Below the pieces are notes generated by a model. That model was not told where the DNA came from, searched no databases, and saw only the letters and a list, made by a program, of their open reading frames with translations. Positions 30,158-37,779 of a stretch of 64,000 nt of DNA are shown in pieces. This DNA comes from Phascolarctobacterium sp. (lineage in GTDB: Bacteria > Bacillota > Negativicutes > Acidaminococcales > Acidaminococcaceae): assembly GCA_004558595.1 (NCBI GenBank), contig SFCN01000001.1, positions 10,978-74,977 on the forward strand, written 5' to 3'. Position 1 is the stretch's first letter; each line of letters starts with the position of its first letter. The translations under genes and the position numbers were made by a program.

Positions 30158-31086
30158 GATAAGCGCTCCTGCTCTAGTTTAAATAAAAATATACCACTAT
30201 CCATTATTGCGATAATCGCACGAATAGCCTCTTCATAACTGACGTCTTCCAGAAGTAATTTATCAGTCACCTGCTTATAATCACTTTCAAATGCCTTTTC
30301 TTGAACTAGCTTCCTTAAAACATCCTGTGGATTCACACCGGCTTTAGCAGAATAGCACACTGGTGATTTCATCCTATCTTTTCTAACTGCCACGACTAAA
30401 TCCCTAAATTTATTATCCAGCTCAACCTTAGGTAACAGTTTATAAATATCATATATGTGTCTAGAATTTCTATTTTTCTTATCATCCAAATAATAATCAC
30501 ATATAGCAAAAACTTTATCCACTAAAGTTCTCTCTATATTCTGTACCTGCATCTGAAAGCCTGTTAAATGATACTGATCTTGTATAGGGCTATCTATTTT
30601 TGTTAGATACTCACCTATTATGCTAGCAACAGGCATGGAGGTAGTAGGAAAGGAAGTAGTCTTATATACGGTTTCGACAATAATTTCTGATACAGGTGCA
30701 TTGATTAAATTGTTTATAGCTGATTGATAGCGAATAACATAACGATTGTAATTTCGTTTACTAAAAATATTATTGCTATTGCTAATATGCATCCCCAAGT
30801 CTATCGCAGCATTTTCTATTTCAGATTTAACGAGATACTTCTGTCCCTGTGTAATCTTGCAATTAGTCGTCAAATCTATATCTTCAGAAAAGCGATTGAT
30901 AATCCTATAGCATTTTGATAAGGATGTACCACCCTTAAATACTAGAAAAGGCAATTTATTAGCCAAAGCTTTTAGAAGAAGCGTTATGTAATAATCCTTT
31001 TCTATAATCCATTCAGGAATCGCTGTTTCATGTGAAATTCTAGAAAGTAACTCGGAAAAATCACTTTTATTATCATGCATAAACAC
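30154..31086 (-). CDS. AbiEii/AbiGii-family nucleotidyltransferase toxin (type IV TA / abortive infection)
   Basis: Nucleotidyltransferase motif FKGGTSLSKCYRIINRFSEDIDL. Sampled 60-nt lines give 25-30% G+C. The TGA stop overlaps the rqcH ATG (ATGA). Confidence 0.8.
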   Translation of the reverse strand: MFMHDNKSDFSELLSRISHETAIPEWIIEKDYYITLLLKALANKLPFLVFKGGTSLSKCYRIINRFSEDIDLTTNCKITQGQKYLVKSEIENAAIDLGMHISNSNNIFSKRNYNRYVIRYQSAINNLINAPVSEIIVETVYKTTSFPTTSMPVASIIGEYLTKIDSPIQDQYHLTGFQMQVQNIERTLVDKVFAICDYYLDDKKNRNSRHIYDIYKLLPKVELDNKFRDLVVAVRKDRMKSPVCYSAKAGVNPQDVLRKLVQEKAFESDYKQVTDKLLLEDVSYEEAIRAIIAIMDSGIFLFKLEQERLS

Positions 31087-31699
31087 AATCCATCAACCCC
31101 ATTTCATAGAGATTTTGGTAAATTCTTGAAGGATAATATTTAAAATAGGGCTTCAGCATGGCGAAGCTTAGTCCTACCGTTTGCATATAATTGAGTAATA
31201 TTTGTCTTGTTTCAGCTACGGAGATTTCAAGATAAGTATTAATATCCTTAATCAAATCTAAAAACTGCAAGACCTTAGCGTTCTCAGTTGTAATCAATAC
31301 TTTTGGCTTTCTCAAAATGATACCTATTTGCCCAAGTTTAGTCTCACGATAATCGCGTGTTGCTTTGTTACTCACAATTTCAATAACTGCCGCAGCTTGC
31401 GTAGTAAGTCCCAAGCTATTAGCTAGACCTATACCGCTTATATAACCTATGTACTCATCATTAGCCTTAAGGTACTTTTTTTCCACAATAGCATTACTAT
31501 TTGGTGCAGCCTCTACTCCAAAAATCGTCATTTTCGGTAAATAATAAATGCCTTGGTCATAGCGTCGTATTTTGCCTGCGTCTGTCAACTTTTTGAGCTC
31601 TCTACGAATTGCTGCATCTGATTTACCACATGCTTTAAGTTCACTGGCCAAAATCACTTCATTAGGAACATAATTATTAATGATGTATTCATAAAGCAT
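31073..31699 (-). CDS. AbiEi-family antitoxin / transcriptional regulator
   Basis: N-terminal wHTH pattern ELKACGKSDAAIRRELKKLTDAGKIRRYDQGIYYLP. Overlaps the toxin gene by 14 nt. Confidence 0.75.
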   Translation of the reverse strand: MLYEYIINNYVPNEVILASELKACGKSDAAIRRELKKLTDAGKIRRYDQGIYYLPKMTIFGVEAAPNSNAIVEKKYLKANDEYIGYISGIGLANSLGLTTQAAAVIEIVSNKATRDYRETKLGQIGIILRKPKVLITTENAKVLQFLDLIKDINTYLEISVAETRQILLNYMQTVGLSFAMLKPYFKYYPSRIYQNLYEMGLMDCVYA

Positions 31700-31817
31700 A
31701 CCATTACCTCCTTGAACGTATTTGAAGCAAGCATCTTCACTTTTGTATTATAGACTATCTATTTATAAAAAGCAATGGTAACAAACGAAATTTTTTATCT
31801 TTTTAGGTGCAAAAGTC

Positions 31818-31846
31818 TTGCCAAAAGGCTTATTATATGGTAATAT
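31818..31846 (+). promoter_or_regulatory. Promoter for the tRNA cluster
   Basis: TTGCCA - 17 nt - TAATAT with a TGg extended -10, about 25 nt before tRNA-Asp. Confidence 0.6.
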
Positions 31847-31871
31847 ATATACCTGTCAGACACCTGACATT

Positions 31872-31948
31872 GGCCCGGTGGTTCAGTTGGTTAGAATGCC
31901 GCCCTGTCACGGCGGAGGTCGTGGGTTCGAGTCCCATCCGGGTCGCCA
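31872..31948 (+). tRNA. tRNA-Asp (GTC)
   Basis: Hand-folded. Acceptor GGCCCGG/CCGGGUC, anticodon loop CUGUCAC, T-loop UUCGAGU, CCA encoded. Confidence 0.9.
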
Positions 31949-31950
31949 AT

Positions 31951-32025
<75 letters not shown>

Positions 32026-32026
32026 T

Positions 32027-32100
32027 AGGGGTATAGTTCAATGGTAGAGCACCGGTCTCCAAAACCGTCGATCTGGGTTCGAGTCCTAGTACCCCTGCCA
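32027..32100 (+). tRNA. tRNA-Trp (CCA)
   Basis: Hand-folded. Acceptor AGGGGUA/UACCCCU, anticodon loop CUCCAAA, T-loop UUCGAGU, CCA encoded. Confidence 0.88.
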
Positions 32101-32109
32101 AGATAGTTA

Positions 32110-32140
32110 GCCTGAGCGAAAGCTCGGGCTTTTCTTTTTC
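32110..32140 (+). terminator. Terminator after the tRNA cluster
   Basis: CCTGAGC-GAAA-GCTCGGG followed by CTTTTCTTTTTC. Confidence 0.75.
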
Positions 32141-32159
32141 TATAGACCTAATAATAACA

Positions 32160-32205
32160 AAAACAGGATTTAGAACGCAGATATTGCACTAAATCCTGTT
32201 TTTTA
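32160..32205. terminator. Bidirectional terminator between convergent units
   Basis: 12-bp stem AACAGGATTTAG/CTAAATCCTGTT with T-runs on both strands. Confidence 0.7.
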
Positions 32206-32207
32206 TT

Positions 32208-33446
32208 TTACAGCTCCCACTTTCCTAGAGCCAGCTTGTCTATCTTACCACTTTCATTGCGTGGTAAATGCTCCAGAAAGACGAATTGCTTGGGCAGCTC
32301 ATAGTCCTCCAGGGTTTCCCTGAGCAGTTTCACCAGCTCCTGCTTCCTATAGCTCGCTGTGGTCGCTACATAGGCTACCAGAACGTCTGCGTCTCCCTCG
32401 TGTTTAGCAAGCACTGCCGCCTCGACTACACCAGGTAAATCCGTCAGCGCTGTAGTGACCTTTACGGAGCTTACCTTACGACCATTCACATTGCAAATAT
32501 CGTCAGTGCGTCCTAAAAAGTGTAGCCAACCATTCTCGTCCACATAGCCCCTATCCTTTAAGGAGAAGGGCATCCCAATCTCCTCCACATGATAAGGAGT
32601 GTCGATAAAAATCTCCTCTTCATGAATGGTAATACCAACTCCCTTAAAGGGCCTGCCAATCACCGTTCTATCCTCGGTCATATCCTTATCCTTGATATAG
32701 GTGATATAATTGAGCTCGCTGGCTCCATAATAAAGGGTAATCTCCGTATTAGGAAATACAGCTAACAGCTTATCCGCCTCCTGCCGTCCCATGGTTTGGG
32801 AACCGCTAATGATGTAACGAACGCTCTCATTTGCCGCACTCATAAATTTTGGCAACAGCATGAGCTTGGAAGGAATCAAATATAAAGTATTGACATCATA
32901 TTGATGCATGAGCTGCAGCCAGTGCTTAGGACGAAATTTTTCCGTAACAATCAAGGTTCCTCCTGCAGCTAATACGCCCATATAAATATTCAAATTCCCA
33001 GTGAAGGCTAAGCTGCCCTGACAAAAAATAATTGTCTGCTCATCCACGCCAAAAATGCGATTCTGCTCCGGAAAAAAGTCTGCCCAACTGTGGTAATCAC
33101 GCCAAAGCAGCTTGCTTTTCCCGGTGCTGCCGCTAGTCATTACGCCCATGCAGGCACGCTCAGGAATATGGCCCAGCTCAAATTGTTGCTTCTTACTCAG
33201 TTCGGTGGCGATAATGGGCCTCATTGCCGTACCACTAAAGGCCACAAATTTTAGCAGCTGCTGGGCGATGGTATCCTCGTGAATAAAAACAGCCGGCTCA
33301 TCCATAGTTGTCGAGGAACGGAGCTTCTTAGCCTCTGCTACCAGCTGACCGTAGGTGAAGCTGGCAGCATCGTCCACTAAAGCGAGCTTGTCCTGGGGTT
33401 GGGCCGCTAGCATTTCCAAATAATCTGTATAACTTCCGTATGCCAT
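32208..33446 (-). CDS. Short adenylate-forming enzyme (acyl-CoA synthetase family, YhfT-like)
   Basis: 412 aa. AMP-binding cores TSGSTGKSKLL, YGASE, GRTDDICNVNGRKV and PRNESGKIDK. Confidence 0.75.
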   Translation of the reverse strand: MAYGSYTDYLEMLAAQPQDKLALVDDAASFTYGQLVAEAKKLRSSTTMDEPAVFIHEDTIAQQLLKFVAFSGTAMRPIIATELSKKQQFELGHIPERACMGVMTSGSTGKSKLLWRDYHSWADFFPEQNRIFGVDEQTIIFCQGSLAFTGNLNIYMGVLAAGGTLIVTEKFRPKHWLQLMHQYDVNTLYLIPSKLMLLPKFMSAANESVRYIISGSQTMGRQEADKLLAVFPNTEITLYYGASELNYITYIKDKDMTEDRTVIGRPFKGVGITIHEEEIFIDTPYHVEEIGMPFSLKDRGYVDENGWLHFLGRTDDICNVNGRKVSSVKVTTALTDLPGVVEAAVLAKHEGDADVLVAYVATTASYRKQELVKLLRETLEDYELPKQFVFLEHLPRNESGKIDKLALGKWEL

Positions 33447-33447
33447 C

Positions 33448-34587
33448 CTACGCCTCCACCCTTTCTAACAACAGCGCAGTACCAATCCCTCCGGCTGCTG
33501 CTACGCTGGCGCAGCCTAAGCGGCCGTCGCAGCGCTTCAAGGCCTCCAACAAATGCAAGGTTATAATGGCGCCTGAGGCTCCATAGGGATGCCCATAAGC
33601 CAAGGCTCCGCCAAATGCGTTATATTTATCCACGCTTTTAGAAAAAGCACGCCCAAAAAGCACATCAATTACCGCAAAGGCTTCGTTAATCTCAAAATCA
33701 TCTATATCGGCTTCCGTCAAATGGTGTTTAGCTAAAAGCTTCTCTAAGGCTGTCACGGCTGTACGGGGGCTTACCAAAGGGTCCCCACCGCAGGCCACGG
33801 ATCCAAGAATTTTCGCTTGTGGCTGCAGCTTATGCTCCTGAGCATATTTTTCAGAGCACACAACCACGAAGGCAGCGCCATCATTAATTAGGCAGGAGTT
33901 GGCCGCCGTAATAAAATTGCCGTCCTCCAGAACCTTGGGCAAGCGATCCAACAATTTTTGGCTCATGCGAGGGCGTATGCCCTCGTCCTTGGTTGCGCCA
34001 AAGCAGGGCACGATAATCCCCTCTAGGCAGCCCTGCTTTTGTGCTTCCGCAGCCATACGATGGCTACGCAAAACCCACGCGTCCAGCTCAGCCTTGCTGA
34101 CCTGTTCCCGCTGGCAGGCCAGCTCCGCTCCCTCCAGCATCACCGTTTCACGGTGAATACCCGGCATAAACTTAGCCACGCTGTACCAGCTATCGCCCCT
34201 GTAATCCGGATGATTGGGATTATAACCACGGCGCGGCTGAGTACTGCTGCTTTCAAAGCCTCCGGCTACGATGCAGTCCGCCTCGCCGCTGGCGATCTTA
34301 GCCGCGGCCACGGCAATGCTCTCTAGGCCACTACCGCATTGGACATCAATCGTAAAGGCCGGCACAGAAATATCAACCTCGGCCTCCAAGGCCATGAGTC
34401 TAGCGATATTGCCACCGGCGCCCACGCCGTTGCCGGCAATAATATAATCAGGCTTCTCGATTTCATATTTCTTTAAAACCTGCCGCAGCACCGCCGCACC
34501 CAGCTTTTCCGCCGGCACATGACGATACATACCATTGACCACGCCCACATAGCTGCGTAGTCCCCCTAAAAGATAGACCTTATCCAT
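33448..34587 (-). CDS. Thiolase (acetyl-CoA C-acetyltransferase family, YhfS-like)
   Basis: Start at MDKVYLLGG (AAGGTGGGA RBS). Active-site context VQCGSGLESI, NEAFAV, and C-terminal GCASVAAAGGIG. Confidence 0.9.
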   Translation of the reverse strand: MDKVYLLGGLRSYVGVVNGMYRHVPAEKLGAAVLRQVLKKYEIEKPDYIIAGNGVGAGGNIARLMALEAEVDISVPAFTIDVQCGSGLESIAVAAAKIASGEADCIVAGGFESSSTQPRRGYNPNHPDYRGDSWYSVAKFMPGIHRETVMLEGAELACQREQVSKAELDAWVLRSHRMAAEAQKQGCLEGIIVPCFGATKDEGIRPRMSQKLLDRLPKVLEDGNFITAANSCLINDGAAFVVVCSEKYAQEHKLQPQAKILGSVACGGDPLVSPRTAVTALEKLLAKHHLTEADIDDFEINEAFAVIDVLFGRAFSKSVDKYNAFGGALAYGHPYGASGAIITLHLLEALKRCDGRLGCASVAAAGGIGTALLLERVEA

Positions 34588-34661
34588 ATTTCCCACCTTA
34601 TAAGTATCCCCGCATCTGCACCGGACCACAGGCCAAGGTCAAACACGGGGAGCATTTACTA

Positions 34662-35213
34662 TTATTTATTATCAAAAATACGATGAATAGGACCTGCCAA
34701 GAAGGCTGCGCCCAAGCATTTCACAATATCCAAGGGAATAAAGGGCAACACACCGGTCATGAAGGCCTTATCCCAGGGCATGCCAGTAACCAGCTTTAAT
34801 TGGACGAAGCCAAAAAGGTAAATCAAGGGAATGCCCACTACACAGCCCAGCAGAGCATAACGCTTGAAATTATATTTTTCACCGCGAGTCGCCGCCAGGA
34901 ACACTGCTGTAAACAGGAAGCCAATGATGTAACCGCCGGTTGGGCCAAAAAGCTTGCCCGGTCCTGCGGTACCACCAGTGAACACCGGCACACCTGCCAA
35001 GCCCACCAAAATATACACCAGCATGGTCATAAAGGCCTGCTTCGTGTTGAGCACATAACCCGTTAAATTAACAATCAATGTCTGCAATGCGATAGGAGAC
35101 ATGGAAAAGGGCAAGGGAATAATGATATAGGCTGACACGCAGTTCATGGCTACCATCAGCGCCATTTTCGTCATTTCCGCAGTCTTATTTATTGAATGAT
35201 TATTTGTTGTCAT
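34662..35213 (-). CDS. bioY: Biotin transporter S-component BioY
   Basis: Contains SPIALQTLIVNLTGYVL...GLAGVPVFTGGTAGPGKLFGPTGGYIIGF, a typical BioY pattern. Confidence 0.85.
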   Translation of the reverse strand: MTTNNHSINKTAEMTKMALMVAMNCVSAYIIIPLPFSMSPIALQTLIVNLTGYVLNTKQAFMTMLVYILVGLAGVPVFTGGTAGPGKLFGPTGGYIIGFLFTAVFLAATRGEKYNFKRYALLGCVVGIPLIYLFGFVQLKLVTGMPWDKAFMTGVLPFIPLDIVKCLGAAFLAGPIHRIFDNK

Positions 35214-35231
35214 AAGTAACACCAGCCTCGT

Positions 35232-35765
35232 TTATAATTTGATGGCGAAAACCTTAAAGCTTCCCACATATGCCGCCAGCTCCTGCTCGGCAGCATACAC
35301 CGCTAGCTCATCACCTGCATAAACTGGAGCCAAAAAGCTAATACGCCAGTCCAGCTCAGTTAATCGCAAGGCCTGCTGTAGCCACGCCGCCATGCACAAG
35401 CCCGGAATCACAGGATGCTCACCCTGATGAATAATATTCTCATCCCCGGTGTAAGCCACATAATCCCGCACCTCCTGTACGGAAAAGACGTGCTTTACAA
35501 GCATCTTTCCGGTAGGAACCTCAGCAACCTTGGCCTTACTCCCTAGCTGTTGCTTGGGGAGCACCAGAAAGACTTTCAGCTCCTTCACTACCTGCTGCTG
35601 GTCGGTGCCCAGCACTTGGATGATGCATTTACGTTCCTTGGTTAATAATACTCGGTTTTCCAGCTCAGTAGCCTGCCCATGAATATGGGCCTCCACGCCG
35701 GCTAAAACCCAGCCACCAAAAAATTTACTATCACTATCCGCCAGTTTATGCGCAAGCTCTAACAT
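35232..35765 (-). CDS. MaoC-like (R)-hydratase-fold protein
   Basis: The C-terminal half carries a hydratase-2-type motif, YVAYTGDENIIH. The N-terminal ~90 aa have no recognisable family. Confidence 0.6.
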   Translation of the reverse strand: MLELAHKLADSDSKFFGGWVLAGVEAHIHGQATELENRVLLTKERKCIIQVLGTDQQQVVKELKVFLVLPKQQLGSKAKVAEVPTGKMLVKHVFSVQEVRDYVAYTGDENIIHQGEHPVIPGLCMAAWLQQALRLTELDWRISFLAPVYAGDELAVYAAEQELAAYVGSFKVFAIKL

Positions 35766-35790
35766 TTTCTAACATCCTTTCATGTAGGAT

Positions 35791-35819
35791 ATTATAAAAC
35801 AGCCCTGTTATTTAGTCAA
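35791..35819 (-). promoter_or_regulatory. Near-consensus sigma-70 promoter of the MaoC-bioY-thiolase-ligase operon
   Basis: Minus strand TTGACT (35819-35814) - 17 nt - TATAAT (35796-35791), 26 nt upstream of the ATG. Confidence 0.7.
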
Positions 35820-35843
35820 CCTTTTATGACAAATTAGTTAACA
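35814..35843. promoter_or_regulatory. Candidate BirA operator
   Basis: AGTCAACC-N14-AGTTAACA. Imperfect dyad (5/8) resembling the TGT(T/A)AACC-N14-16-GGTT(T/A)ACA biotin operator. It overlaps the -35 box. Confidence 0.3.
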
Positions 35844-35905
35844 TTAGTTTTTTGCCCTATTACTAACCATGCACGACAGAATTGCTGCCTTTCACATTTG
35901 GCAAA

Positions 35906-37009
35906 TCATAAAACTAATACATAGGTTAAGGCTCCTAAAAGCGCCAATCCGGCAAAATTATAGTATAAAAATGTACGCAAATATGTACCGGCTTGGTAAG
36001 GATGCTCCGCCACAAAAAGCTTATAAGAAATCACGCTGGCCATGGAAGCGATTAAGGTACCTAAGCCACCGATATTCACGCCCAAGAGCAGAGCGTCGGC
36101 TTCAGAGGTCAATCCTGCTAGCAGCATGGCCGCGGGCACATTGCTGATAAACTGGCTGGCTATAGCTCCCGCTAAATAGGTACCAGCGGCAGTTCCCAGA
36201 AGGGACTGCTTTAAATAAATTGCTAAACTAGTTTGGCTAATATTGCCAATGAAAACAAAAAAGCCCACAAAGGTGACGAGCAGGCTATAATCAACCTCCC
36301 TCAGCAAACGTCTTTGGCTTGCCAGCACAAAGGCTAAAGTAATGCCCAAAGCCACAGCTTTGTCCAACCAATGCAGCACCGCCGCGATATTCAGGAACAA
36401 AAGTAGCAAAAGTAAGGCTGTTTGCAGCATATTAGGCTTGGCCAGCTCCGGCAGCTCCAGCACTAGTTTTTCATTGCGTCCACGCCAGATGAGTAAACCT
36501 AAATAGATAACGGACAAAATTCCCGGTATGGCCATCACGCTAAAGAAGCTGCTGGCTGTGTAATGGTAGTGAGCATAGAGAAAAAGATTCTGGGGATTTC
36601 CCGGAGGCGTCACCATGGAGCCCAAATTAGCAGCCAAGGTCTGCAAAATGATAACCCTCGCCACATCCCGTTGCAGCCTTTTACCGATAATCAAAGCTAA
36701 GGGCACAAAGGTGATGAGGGCCACGTCATTGGTGACGAACATGCTGGACACATAGGTCACGCCCACTAATGCCAGCACCACGCCGCGCCAACTAGCGCAG
36801 CGCTGCAACAGCTGACAGGCCACCCAATCCAAAAAGCTGACTCTTTTTAGTCCAGCCACCACCAGCATCAGGCTCAGCAGAATGCTGAGCACAGCAAAGT
36901 CGATATATTCTAGCTTTGGGCGTTCAAAAAAGCTGGAGCCCAGAGCTAGCAGCACTGCCACGCACAGCACCGTTTCTTGTTTAAAGTATTGTTTAAGCTT
37001 AGATAGCAT
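35906..37009 (-). CDS. Anion permease of the ArsB/NhaD (citrate-transporter-like) superfamily (tentative)
   Basis: 367-aa, ~10-TM protein. The family is assigned by overall resemblance only. Confidence 0.45.
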   Translation of the reverse strand: MLSKLKQYFKQETVLCVAVLLALGSSFFERPKLEYIDFAVLSILLSLMLVVAGLKRVSFLDWVACQLLQRCASWRGVVLALVGVTYVSSMFVTNDVALITFVPLALIIGKRLQRDVARVIILQTLAANLGSMVTPPGNPQNLFLYAHYHYTASSFFSVMAIPGILSVIYLGLLIWRGRNEKLVLELPELAKPNMLQTALLLLLLFLNIAAVLHWLDKAVALGITLAFVLASQRRLLREVDYSLLVTFVGFFVFIGNISQTSLAIYLKQSLLGTAAGTYLAGAIASQFISNVPAAMLLAGLTSEADALLLGVNIGGLGTLIASMASVISYKLFVAEHPYQAGTYLRTFLYYNFAGLALLGALTYVLVL

Positions 37010-37050
37010 TATCTTGCCTCATTGATAATTAATAAAATACGAGCTCTCCA

Positions 37051-37779
37051 CTATAATTGGGGTGCCGCCAAAGCCAAGCCATGCACATCCCCTGATCCAG
37101 CTCTCCGCAACACCGAGGCGGCCTCCGCCATGGTGCTGCCGGTGGTATAAATATCGTCGCACAGCAGCACACGCTTGCCGGCTATGAGCCTCTGCGCCCC
37201 CGGACTCAGAGCGAAGCAGCCAGCTAGCTCGCTGCGCCGCTCCAAGGGAGCCAGCTCGAAGAGAGGCGCGGTGCTTCGCACACGCTCCAGTACACTGGCG
37301 CAGAATTCACCACCGCGCTGCTCTAGAAGCGGCGCAAAAATTTCCTCTGGCAGGTCGAAGCCCCGGCGCGCTCTGCGCTCCGGGCTGGTAGGAATGCAGG
37401 TAATTACATCATACTGCCCTAACCAACGTAGCTTGGCGGCCGGCATGGCTGCCTCTGCCTCTTCTCTCAAAAGCGGTAGCAAAGCAGTATTACCGTTAAA
37501 CTTAATCTCATGCAAAGCATCTTTGATTATACCGTTATATTTATAGAGTAAAAGCACGCTTTTCAACACATCGCAGGCCTCTGGCTCCGCCTGCCCAGCC
37601 AAATATTCTTCACGGGGTTCATACTGCACATATTTTTGTAATATATAGCCCTTACGACATTCAGGACAGAGGTAAGCCGTGTCGATAACGTTACCGCAAA
37701 CAGCGCAGCGCCGCGGAAAAATCAGCTCCCGCACCACCTGCGTATAATAGTTCGCTGCTCGCAAATATTCCTTGAGCAT
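37051..37779 (-). CDS. comFC: ComF-family protein (ComFC-like phosphoribosyltransferase domain)
   Basis: N-terminal CxxC...CxxC zinc finger (CAVCGN...CPECRK). PRT motif VLLCDDIYTTGSTMAEA. Confidence 0.8.
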   Translation of the reverse strand: MLKEYLRAANYYTQVVRELIFPRRCAVCGNVIDTAYLCPECRKGYILQKYVQYEPREEYLAGQAEPEACDVLKSVLLLYKYNGIIKDALHEIKFNGNTALLPLLREEAEAAMPAAKLRWLGQYDVITCIPTSPERRARRGFDLPEEIFAPLLEQRGGEFCASVLERVRSTAPLFELAPLERRSELAGCFALSPGAQRLIAGKRVLLCDDIYTTGSTMAEAASVLRRAGSGDVHGLALAAPQL

